Source: an uncultured Verrucomicrobiae bacterium
GTDB taxonomy: Bacteria; Verrucomicrobiota; Verrucomicrobiia; Limisphaerales; Palsa-1400
Length of the DNA stretch: 64,000 nucleotides
Direction of reading: 5' to 3'
NCBI GenBank assembly: GCA_963707025.1
Contig: CAVPOM010000006.1
Span: 608,001 to 672,000, forward strand
This document shows, piece by piece, positions 8,942 to 17,358 of this stretch. Each line of letters begins with the position of its first letter. Position 1 is the first letter of the stretch. Under the pieces are notes generated by a model. That model did not search any database and was not told where the DNA came from. It saw only the letters and a program-made list of their open reading frames with translations. The position numbers were made by a program, and so were the translations under genes.

Positions 8942-10714
8942 ATGAACCGCAAACAGATATTGGGCGCGGCCGCCCTTTTGGCGGCCATCACCGTGCTGGT
9001 GTATTGCCCGGCGATGCGGGCGGGCTTCATTTGGGATGACGGCGACATGGTGACCAACAATCCGCTGCTCAAATCCGCCCGCGGTCTGCAGGATATTTGG
9101 CTGGGGAAAAATCTGACCGATTATCATCCGCTGACCTATTCGGTTTTTTGGCTGGAATGGCGCTGTTGGGGAATGCACCCGGCCGGTTATCACGCCGTCA
9201 ATATTCTCCTGCACGCCGCCAGCGTGATTTTGCTTTGGCTGGTGTTGCGAAAATTGCGGATTCCGGGAAGCTGGCTGGCGGCGCTTTTGTTTGGGGTGCA
9301 TCCGGTTTGTGTGGCGTCGGTGGCGTGGATCGCCGAGTTGAAAAACACGCTGGCCATGGTGTTTTATTTGGCCGCCCTGTGGTGCTGGTTGCGCTCTGAA
9401 GAAGGGACGGAAGGGAACCGGCGATACTCCGCGCTGGCGCTGGTGGCTTTTCTTCTGGCCTTGCTGGCCAAAGTGTCGGTGGTGGTTCTTCCCGTGGTGC
9501 TGCTCCTCCTGGCCTGGTGGCAGCGCGGGAGGATTTCGCGGCGGGATTGGGAGCGGGCGGCGCCGTTTTTTCTTCTGGCGGTGGCGCTCGGATTGTTCGG
9601 GATGACCTTCCAGAACAAATACACCGCGCTCAATGATCCGTTGCCGGTGCGGTTGCTCGGGGGGGGTTGGGCCGTCTGGTTTTATTTATGGAAAATCTTC
9701 TGGCCCGTCCATCTGACCATTATTTATCCGCGCTGGAACATCCAGGCGGCGTCGCCGGCCGCGTGGATTCCGGGGCTTTGCTTTGCGGCCATGCTCTTTG
9801 TCTTTTGGCGCAAGCGGGCCGGCTGGGGCAGGCCGCTGTTGTTTGCGACGGGCTATTTCGTCATCGCGCTCGCGCCGGTGCTGGGGCCGTTCAAGCTGGT
9901 GTATCTGTATTTTTCCCAGGTCGCCGATCATCTGCAATACCTGGCCATGCCCGCCATCATCGCGCTGGCCACCGCCGCCGGATGCCAATGGTTCGGACTG
10001 AGCAGGTGGACGCGGCGCGCACTGGCCGCGGCGGTGGCGGCGGTGCTGGCGGTTTTGACGTGGCAGAACCAAAGCCGCTTCGCCGACATGTCCAGCATGT
10101 GGCGGGATAATCTGGCCAACAATCCCAATTCCTTTCAGGCCTTGCTTTTTGTGGGGGCCGAAGAGGAGAGCCGGGGCCGCTACGAACAGGCCGGCGATTT
10201 ATTCCGGCGGGCGCTGGCGCTGCGCCCGCAATCCCCGGAGGCGAATTTGAACCTTGGAATTGTACTTGACGACCAGGGCCGGACGGAGGAGGCCATGGCC
10301 CAGGCGGAAAAGGCGCTGCGGATCAAGCCCGGCGATGCGGATGCGCATGTTCTAATGGCGTGGTTGCTGGAGAAGAAGGGCTTGCCGGACGAAGCGGCCC
10401 GACATTTGCGCGAGGCCGTCCGGGTGGCGCCGGACAATGTTGCGGCCCATCAAAACCTGGGGAATCTGCTTGTCAAACAAGGGCGCTTGGATGAAGCGGT
10501 GCAACAATTTGGCGAGGCCCTGAACCTGAAATTAGATGATCCCGCGCTTTTTGTGGCCCTGGGCAACGCGCAGGGGAGAAGAGGGGATCTGGAGGCCGCA
10601 GGCAAGTGTTTCCAGAAGGCGCTGAGCCTGGACCCCAACAGCGCCGGCGCGCAGAAAGGTCTGGCCGCCGTGCGTCAAATGCAGGGCGCCACCAATGCGA
10701 CCCCGCGCCCATAG
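8942..10714 (+). CDS. Multi-TM membrane protein with C-terminal TPRs (TMTC-like GT-C glycosyltransferase)
   Basis: GFIWDD in the first loop, YHPLT, YHAVNILLH, HPVCVASVAWI, about 10 hydrophobic helices, then TPR repeats. Confidence 0.78.
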   Translation: MNRKQILGAAALLAAITVLVYCPAMRAGFIWDDGDMVTNNPLLKSARGLQDIWLGKNLTDYHPLTYSVFWLEWRCWGMHPAGYHAVNILLHAASVILLWLVLRKLRIPGSWLAALLFGVHPVCVASVAWIAELKNTLAMVFYLAALWCWLRSEEGTEGNRRYSALALVAFLLALLAKVSVVVLPVVLLLLAWWQRGRISRRDWERAAPFFLLAVALGLFGMTFQNKYTALNDPLPVRLLGGGWAVWFYLWKIFWPVHLTIIYPRWNIQAASPAAWIPGLCFAAMLFVFWRKRAGWGRPLLFATGYFVIALAPVLGPFKLVYLYFSQVADHLQYLAMPAIIALATAAGCQWFGLSRWTRRALAAAVAAVLAVLTWQNQSRFADMSSMWRDNLANNPNSFQALLFVGAEEESRGRYEQAGDLFRRALALRPQSPEANLNLGIVLDDQGRTEEAMAQAEKALRIKPGDADAHVLMAWLLEKKGLPDEAARHLREAVRVAPDNVAAHQNLGNLLVKQGRLDEAVQQFGEALNLKLDDPALFVALGNAQGRRGDLEAAGKCFQKALSLDPNSAGAQKGLAAVRQMQGATNATPRP

Positions 10715-10719
10715 CGGGC

Positions 10720-10782
10720 TTTGCAGTGTGCCGAGGCGTCGGCACCACTTTCAAAAGCGGGAGCAAGCTCCTGCACTCCAAA
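10720..10782. repeat. REP-like palindromic element between convergent genes
   Basis: Minus strand reads TTGGAGTGCAGGAGC-TT-GCTCCCGC, paired with a second hairpin GTGCCGA-CGCC-TCGGCAC ending in ACTGCAAA. Confidence 0.55.
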
Positions 10783-10793
10783 TTTCGAAGTTT

Positions 10794-12296
10794 TTATTTT
10801 GGCGCAGCCAAACGCGCCTCCTGCTGCACCTTGGAGTGGCGCCGGCCGTAGCAGAAGTAGATCGCCAACCCGATGGCCATCCAGACAATCAACCGCGCCC
10901 AGGTGTCGTGCGGCAGATTGTACATCAGTATAAAACAAGCACCGGCGCCAAGAGGCGAAACCAGCCAAAAGAGTGGCGTCCGGAAGGGCCGCTGGATGTC
11001 GGGGTGGGTGAAACGCAGAACAAAGATGCCGATGCAGACAATCGCAAAAGCCAGCAAGGTGCCGATGGAAACCAGTTCGCCCAACAGCCCGATGGGGAAG
11101 AGTCCCGCGATCAACATGGCGAGGAACCCGGTTAGGATGGTCGCGAGCCACGGGGTCCGAAACTTGGGATGGACGGCGCTGAACTTCTGCGGCAGCAGAC
11201 CATCTTTGGACATGCTGTAAAAAATGCGCGGCTGGCCCAGCATCATGACCAGGATGACCGAGGAAAGCCCGGCGATGGCCCCCACTTTGATAATGGGCCG
11301 CAACCAGGCCACCCCGGTACCGAGGGAATTAATCGCCACCGCCATCGGGTCGGGAACATTCAACTGCGTGTATTTAATGATTCCGGTCAGGACCAGTGCG
11401 ACAATTATGTAAAGAATGGTGCAGATCCCCAGCGAAGCCAGAATTCCAATGGGCATGTCCCGCTGGGGATTCTTGGCCTCCTGCGCTGCCGTCGAGACCG
11501 CGTCAAACCCGATGTAAGCAAAGAAGATTACGCCAGCCCCGCGCAGCACTCCGGACCAGCCAAATTCGCCGGCGCCTGTCGCCGGAGGGACGAAAGGATG
11601 CCAGTTGCCGGCATTGAGGTAGCACACGCCCACGGCAATGAAGGCAACGATGACCGTCAGCTTGATGGCCACGATGATGTTGTTGAACGTGGCCGATTCT
11701 TTGATGCCGATCACCAGCAGCACCGTGATGATCGCCACGATGCACATGGCCGGCACATTCAGCACCGCCTCGCTGCTGGTCCGGGTCCAACCATGGGCGA
11801 AAAGCTGCCAGATATTCCACCCGGCGCCGGCCTGCGCAACATGGTCATAGGGTGCTTTGGTGAACGCCGCGGGAATATTGATCCCAAGATCTTTCAGAAA
11901 CGAAACCACATAGCCGGACCACCCCACCGCCACGGTGGAGGCGGCAAACAGGTATTCCAGGATCAAGTCCCACCCGATAATCCAGGCGACAAACTCCCCC
12001 AGCGTGGCATAACTGTAAGTATAGGCCGAGCCGGAAACCGGAATCATGGAGGAAAACTCCGCATAGCACAGTCCCGCCAGCCCGCAGGCGAACCCTGCCA
12101 AAATGAACGAGAAGACAATGGCCGGTCCGGCGTACTTGGCCGCAGCCTGGCCGGTCAGGACAAAAATGCCCGCCCCGATCACCGCGCCAATTCCCAGGGT
12201 GGTGAGATTCAGCGGACCAAGCGCGCGGCGCAGGCTGTGATCCTGAAGCACCTCCGCCTGGAGGTCGCTCATCTTTCGACGGAGGAACAAATTCAT
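10794..12296 (-). CDS. APC-family amino acid permease (CAT-like)
   Basis: LGIGAVIGAGIF, YAEFSSMIPVSGSAYTY, FFAYIGFDAVSTAAQEAKNPQRD; start placed at MNLFLRR. Confidence 0.93.
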   Translation of the reverse strand: MNLFLRRKMSDLQAEVLQDHSLRRALGPLNLTTLGIGAVIGAGIFVLTGQAAAKYAGPAIVFSFILAGFACGLAGLCYAEFSSMIPVSGSAYTYSYATLGEFVAWIIGWDLILEYLFAASTVAVGWSGYVVSFLKDLGINIPAAFTKAPYDHVAQAGAGWNIWQLFAHGWTRTSSEAVLNVPAMCIVAIITVLLVIGIKESATFNNIIVAIKLTVIVAFIAVGVCYLNAGNWHPFVPPATGAGEFGWSGVLRGAGVIFFAYIGFDAVSTAAQEAKNPQRDMPIGILASLGICTILYIIVALVLTGIIKYTQLNVPDPMAVAINSLGTGVAWLRPIIKVGAIAGLSSVILVMMLGQPRIFYSMSKDGLLPQKFSAVHPKFRTPWLATILTGFLAMLIAGLFPIGLLGELVSIGTLLAFAIVCIGIFVLRFTHPDIQRPFRTPLFWLVSPLGAGACFILMYNLPHDTWARLIVWMAIGLAIYFCYGRRHSKVQQEARLAAPK

Positions 12297-12501
12297 GAAT
12301 AGTGATTTTGGGCAATTCGATTGCTGGCGCTCGTCAATAGTTGAGCCGCGCAACGAAGTCAAGGAAATGCTGAAAATGACACTGTTTATCTCCCGCCTCG
12401 GCCGTGCCGGGCCCGGTCCTCGCCGCCGTCAAACGGAAACGGGATTGAAAAGGGGCGCCGGATTCTTTAGCGTGCGGCCTGTTGGCCCGGATAACGGCAA
12501 A

Positions 12502-13695
12502 ATGAAGCGCAAAAATTTTATGATGAGACAACCAATTTTGACCGGCCAATGGCTGCGCGGCTTGAGTCTGCCGCTGGCGGCGGCGTGCGGTTTGTTTGTG
12601 GCGGCGGGCTTGACGGGCTGCCATAAATCAGGCGGGGGTGATGTCATCAAAGTGGGCGAATACGCCTCGCTCACGGGCAAGGAGGCCTCCTTCGGCCAGA
12701 TGTCGCATCACGGCACCGAACTGGCCATTGACGAGGTCAACGCCCGGGGCGGCGTGCTCGGGAAGAAACTACAGTTGTTGACGGAGGACAACCAATCCAA
12801 ACAGGGCGAGTCCAAAACGTGCGCGGACAAGTTGATCGCGCGCGACGGGGTGATTGCCCTGCTGGGAGAGGCCTCGTCGGGCCGTTCCTTGGAAGCGGCC
12901 CCCATCTGCCAGCAGGAGAAGATTCCCATGATCGCGCCCTCGTCGGTTGACCCGAAGGTGACCGAGACGGGCGATTATATTTTCCGGGTTTGTTTCGTCA
13001 GTTCCTTTCAGGCCCGGGTGATGGCGAAGTTCGCGCTCCAAACCTTGAAATTGAAGAATGTGGCCGTGCTGACCGATGTGGGGCTGCCTTACAGCGTGGG
13101 CCTGGCCGATCCCTTCAAACCGGCCTTTGTGGCGGGCGGCGGAAAAATCGTCGCGGAACAAAATTACACCAGCGGCGGCACGGATTTTCGGGCGCAATTG
13201 ACGGCGATCAAGGCGGCCAGGCCGGATGGCATTTTCGTCCCCGGTTACTATACCGAGGCGGGGCTGATTTGCCGGCAGGCCAGGGAGCTGGGCATCAACG
13301 CGCCCATCTTCGGCGGAGACGGGTGGGAATCCATGAAGCTGGTGGAGATCGGCGGGCCGGCAGTGGAAGGGACGTATTTCTCGACGCATTTTTCGCCCGG
13401 GCAAAAGACCCCGGCGGTGCAGGAATTTGCCAAAAAATTCGTTGCGAAATACGGAGTGGACCCGGATGCCATGGCGGCGCTGGGTTACGATTCGGCCATG
13501 CTGCTGGCCGACGCCCTGAAGCGCGCCGGCACGACGGACGGGCCGAAGCTGCGCGAGGCGCTGGCGGCGACAAAGGATTTTCCGGGGATCACCGGGAGCA
13601 TTACGATTGACAAAGACCGCAATGCGAGCAAGCCGGCGGTCATTTTGAAGGTGACGGGCGGCAAGTTTGAGTATCTGGAAACGATCAATCCATAA
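12502..13695 (+). CDS. livK: Branched-chain amino acid ABC transporter substrate-binding lipoprotein
   Basis: Lipobox LTGC, LAIDEVNARGGVLGKKL, TDFRAQLTAIK; first gene of the liv operon. Start uncertain. Confidence 0.88.
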   Translation: MKRKNFMMRQPILTGQWLRGLSLPLAAACGLFVAAGLTGCHKSGGGDVIKVGEYASLTGKEASFGQMSHHGTELAIDEVNARGGVLGKKLQLLTEDNQSKQGESKTCADKLIARDGVIALLGEASSGRSLEAAPICQQEKIPMIAPSSVDPKVTETGDYIFRVCFVSSFQARVMAKFALQTLKLKNVAVLTDVGLPYSVGLADPFKPAFVAGGGKIVAEQNYTSGGTDFRAQLTAIKAARPDGIFVPGYYTEAGLICRQARELGINAPIFGGDGWESMKLVEIGGPAVEGTYFSTHFSPGQKTPAVQEFAKKFVAKYGVDPDAMAALGYDSAMLLADALKRAGTTDGPKLREALAATKDFPGITGSITIDKDRNASKPAVILKVTGGKFEYLETINP

Positions 13696-13777
13696 AGGCG
13701 CGGCCCTTGACAGAATTTCCTCCACAACTCATCCACGATGCGGCGGCCAGCGGACTGGCCGCCCTACCGTCCTCGTT

Positions 13778-14719
13778 TTGACCGAATACCTCCAACAACT
13801 GATCAACGGCCTGTCGCTGGGGGCGGTCTATGCCTTGCTCGCCCTGGGCTACACGATGGTGTACGGGATTCTGCGCTTCATCAATTTTGCCCACTGCGAT
13901 GTTTTCATGGTGGGCGCGTTTGTCGGCTATTATGCGGTGACGCCCTGCACCATCCGTGTGGCCCAAATCGGGCTGTCGCTTCCGGTCAATCTGCATATCG
14001 GGACCCATTCCATCGCCGGCGGCCTGCTGGCGCTGCTGATCTCGATGGCCTTTTGCGCGTTGCTCGGAATCCTCATCGAACGCCTGGCTTACCGGCCGTT
14101 GCGCCAGCGCTCCAAGTTGACCGTCCTGATCACGGCCATCGGCGTCTCGCTGCTGTTGGAGAGCCTGGGGCAGTTGATCTTCAAGGCCGACCCGAAGCCG
14201 TTCCCCGAACTGTTTCCGGTGCGGGAATTTTCCGGGGCCGGACTCAATGTCTCCAGCAACCAACTGCTGGTCATCGGGGCGCTGGTGGTTTTATTGCTCG
14301 GATTGCAATTCATCGTGCTGAAAACGAAAATGGGGACGGCCATGCGGGCGGTGTCCTTCAATCCTGTCGCCGCGTCGCTGGTGGGGATCAACAATGACCG
14401 GGTGATTTCCTTCACCTTCGGCCTTGGCTCGGCGCTGGCGGCGGCGGGCGGCATTCTTTACGCGATGAATTATCCGTCCATTCAACCTTACATGGGGATT
14501 TTGCCCGGGTTGAAGGCCTTTGTGGCGGCGGTGCTGGGAGGCATCGGCAACATTCCCGGCGCGGCCTTGGGCGGAGTGCTCCTGGGTTTGATTGAGACGC
14601 TTGTCAACGGCAGCCATTATTCCACTTACACCGATGCGATTGCCTTTGCGGTTTTGATTTTGATTTTGCTCTTCCGGCCGGCCGGGCTGCTGGGGAAGGT
14701 GGAAGTGGAGAAAGTTTGA
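13778..14719 (+). CDS. livH: BCAA ABC transporter permease
   Basis: QQLINGLSLGAVYALLALGYTMVYGILRFINFAH and KAFVAAVLGGIG; probable TTG start. Confidence 0.92.
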   Translation: MTEYLQQLINGLSLGAVYALLALGYTMVYGILRFINFAHCDVFMVGAFVGYYAVTPCTIRVAQIGLSLPVNLHIGTHSIAGGLLALLISMAFCALLGILIERLAYRPLRQRSKLTVLITAIGVSLLLESLGQLIFKADPKPFPELFPVREFSGAGLNVSSNQLLVIGALVVLLLGLQFIVLKTKMGTAMRAVSFNPVAASLVGINNDRVISFTFGLGSALAAAGGILYAMNYPSIQPYMGILPGLKAFVAAVLGGIGNIPGAALGGVLLGLIETLVNGSHYSTYTDAIAFAVLILILLFRPAGLLGKVEVEKV

Positions 14720-14724
14720 GGCGC

Positions 14725-15714
14725 ATGAACGGACCCGGCCAAAATGTCCCGCCAACGCCCGATCGGACGATTTGGCCCAAAATCATTTTGCTGGCGGCGC
14801 TGGCGGCGGCGGGAGTGCTGGGCTGTTTCTCCGGCCAACTGGGCCGCTACTACACCGGCCTTTTGACCAAGGTGGGCATCAATATCATTCTGGCGGTGAG
14901 CTTGAATCTGATCAACGGCTATACCGGGCAATTCTCGCTGGGCCATGCCGGTTTCATGGGGGTGGGCGCTTACACGGCGGCGGCGGTGACATTGTGTCTC
15001 GGGCCAAACTTCCTGCCGCCGGCGGGAGCGGCCTGGCACAATTGGGCCGCTGATGGCTTGTTTGGCGGGGCGCTGCTGGCGGGCGGCTTGGCCGCGGCGC
15101 TGGCCGGCTTGCTGGTGGGCGCGCCCTCGCTGCGCTTGAAAGGGGATTATCTGGCGATTGTCACGCTCGGATTTGGCGAGATCATCCGGGTCATCTTTTG
15201 CAACATCAAATCGCTGGGCGGCGGGCTGGGCCTCAACGGCATTCCGCGTTACACCAGCCTTTTCTGGGTCTATGCCATGGCGGTGGTTTGCACCTATGTG
15301 GTGGTGGCGATGGTCCACTCGACCTACGGCCGCGGCTTCCTGGCCGTGCATGACGACGAGGTCGCGGCGGAGGCGATGGGGTTGAACACCACCCGCTACA
15401 AGATCGTGGCCTTTGTCGTCGGCGCATTTTTCGCCGGAATCGCGGGCGGACTTTACGGACATGACATCAGGGCCATTGATCCCAATGGATTCGGGTTCAT
15501 GCACTCCATTGACATTGTGGTGATGGTGATTCTGGGCGGCATGGGCAACACCCCGGGGGTGATCGCGGCGGCAATTGTCCTGACGCTTCTGCCGGAATGG
15601 CTGCGCCCGGTGGCGGAGTATCGGATGGTGATTTATTCCTTCCTGTTGATCGTGCTCATGCTCACCCGCCCGCAAGGCCTGTTCACCTGGCGGCGAAATT
15701 GGAAGCAGGTCTGA
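14725..15714 (+). CDS. livM: BCAA ABC transporter permease
   Basis: LNLINGYTGQFSLGHAGF, LRLKGDYLAIVTLGFGEI, VILGGMG. Confidence 0.92.
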   Translation: MNGPGQNVPPTPDRTIWPKIILLAALAAAGVLGCFSGQLGRYYTGLLTKVGINIILAVSLNLINGYTGQFSLGHAGFMGVGAYTAAAVTLCLGPNFLPPAGAAWHNWAADGLFGGALLAGGLAAALAGLLVGAPSLRLKGDYLAIVTLGFGEIIRVIFCNIKSLGGGLGLNGIPRYTSLFWVYAMAVVCTYVVVAMVHSTYGRGFLAVHDDEVAAEAMGLNTTRYKIVAFVVGAFFAGIAGGLYGHDIRAIDPNGFGFMHSIDIVVMVILGGMGNTPGVIAAAIVLTLLPEWLRPVAEYRMVIYSFLLIVLMLTRPQGLFTWRRNWKQV

Positions 15715-15716
15715 TC

Positions 15717-16508
15717 ATGGCGGCATCCCCGACAACCCAACCGCTGCTGCGCCTGGAGGATTGCACCCTCCGCTTCGGCGGGCTGACCGCGGTGGCGGCG
15801 TTGCAGGCCCGCATCGGGCAGAGGGACCTGGTCGGCTTGATCGGCCCCAATGGCGCGGGAAAAACCACCGTTTTTAATCTCATCACCGGCGTCTATCAGC
15901 CGGCGGCGGGCCGGATCGAATTTTGCGGGGAATCCATCGTGGGGAAAAAGCCGTGGCAGATCACGGCTTGCGGCATCGCGCGCACCTTTCAAAACATCCG
16001 GCTGTTTTCCTCGTTGACCGTGTTTGACAACGTGCGGGTGGCGTTTCACCTCCATTTGTTGCAGGGCATCGGCCACGCCCTCTGGCGCGGGGCGGCCTTC
16101 TGGCGCGAGGAAAAAGAGATCGCCGGCCAAGTGATGGAGATGCTGGAGATCTTTCAGTTGCATAAATTTCGCCACGCCCCGGCCCGCAGCCTGCCTTACG
16201 GGGACCAGCGCCGGCTGGAGATTGTGCGCGCCCTGGCCACGCGCCCGAAGTTGCTGCTGCTGGACGAACCGGCGGCGGGGATGAACCCGACGGAGAAAGT
16301 CGAGTTGATGAAGCTGATCCAGTTTGTGGAGGAGAAGTATAAAATTTCCGTGCTGCTGGTGGAGCACGACATGCAGGTGGTGATGGGCATCTGCCGGCGC
16401 ATCATGGTGTTGGATTACGGCGTGAAAATTGCCGAAGGAACGCCCGGGGAAGTGCGCGCCAATCCGAAGGTGATCGAAGCGTATCTGGGCCAGGTGCCCG
16501 CCCCATAA
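15717..16508 (+). CDS. livG: BCAA ABC transporter ATPase
   Basis: GPNGAGKTT, LPYGDQRRLEI, LLDEPAAG, VEHDM, VIEAYLG. Confidence 0.94.
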   Translation: MAASPTTQPLLRLEDCTLRFGGLTAVAALQARIGQRDLVGLIGPNGAGKTTVFNLITGVYQPAAGRIEFCGESIVGKKPWQITACGIARTFQNIRLFSSLTVFDNVRVAFHLHLLQGIGHALWRGAAFWREEKEIAGQVMEMLEIFQLHKFRHAPARSLPYGDQRRLEIVRALATRPKLLLLDEPAAGMNPTEKVELMKLIQFVEEKYKISVLLVEHDMQVVMGICRRIMVLDYGVKIAEGTPGEVRANPKVIEAYLGQVPAP

Positions 16509-16514
16509 GCCGCC

Positions 16515-17219
16515 ATGCTGTCCATTAAGAATCTTACGGTCCATTACGGCGCCATCACCGCCCTGCGGGGCATTTCCCTGGAGGTGCCGCAGGGGCAAAT
16601 TGTCACCTTGCTCGGGGCCAACGGGGCCGGCAAGACGACCACCTTGCGGGCCATCTCCGGTCTGATCAAAACCCAGGGGCGGATTGTTTATGACGGGCAC
16701 GACATCGCCAACGGCGCGCCCCACCAAATTGTGGCGGCGGGCCTTTCCCATGTGCCGGAGGGGCGGATGGTCTTTGCCAATTTGACGGTGGCGGAGAACC
16801 TGGAGATGGGCGCTTATTTGCAGAAGAACCCGGCGGACATCCGGGCCAGCCGCGAGATGGTGCTGGGTCTTTTTCCCCGGCTGGGCGAGCGGCAGAAGCA
16901 GAGGGCCGGCACGCTGAGCGGGGGCGAACAACAGATGCTGGCCATCGGGCGGGCCTTGATGAGCCGGCCGAAGTTCTTGATGCTGGACGAGCCGTCGCTG
17001 GGCCTGGCGCCGATTTTGGTCAAAACTATTTTTGAAAAGATCGTGGAGATCAACCAGCGCCAGGGCGTGACCATCCTGCTGGTGGAGCAGAACGCCAACC
17101 TGGCCCTGGAAGTGGCCCGTTACGGCTATGTGCTCGAAACCGGCCGCATCCTGCTGGAAGACGCCTCCGCCGCCTTGCGTCAGAACCCCAAGGTGCGCGC
17201 CGCCTATCTGGGGGGGTAG
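16515..17219 (+). CDS. livF: BCAA ABC transporter ATPase
   Basis: GANGAGKTT, LSGGEQQMLAIGRALM, DEPSLGLAP, VEQNA. Confidence 0.95.
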   Translation: MLSIKNLTVHYGAITALRGISLEVPQGQIVTLLGANGAGKTTTLRAISGLIKTQGRIVYDGHDIANGAPHQIVAAGLSHVPEGRMVFANLTVAENLEMGAYLQKNPADIRASREMVLGLFPRLGERQKQRAGTLSGGEQQMLAIGRALMSRPKFLMLDEPSLGLAPILVKTIFEKIVEINQRQGVTILLVEQNANLALEVARYGYVLETGRILLEDASAALRQNPKVRAAYLGG

Positions 17220-17358
17220 GATAGGTTGCGCATTAATTCCTGGCTTAAATGAGTGTTATTGGTATGTTTGCGTTTATGAACCGGGAACGCGGATCGCGGG
17301 CCTTTCGCCTCCGCGCCGGTGGTTCCATGCGCGGGTGAACAAAGCCTGTTGATGCGCC

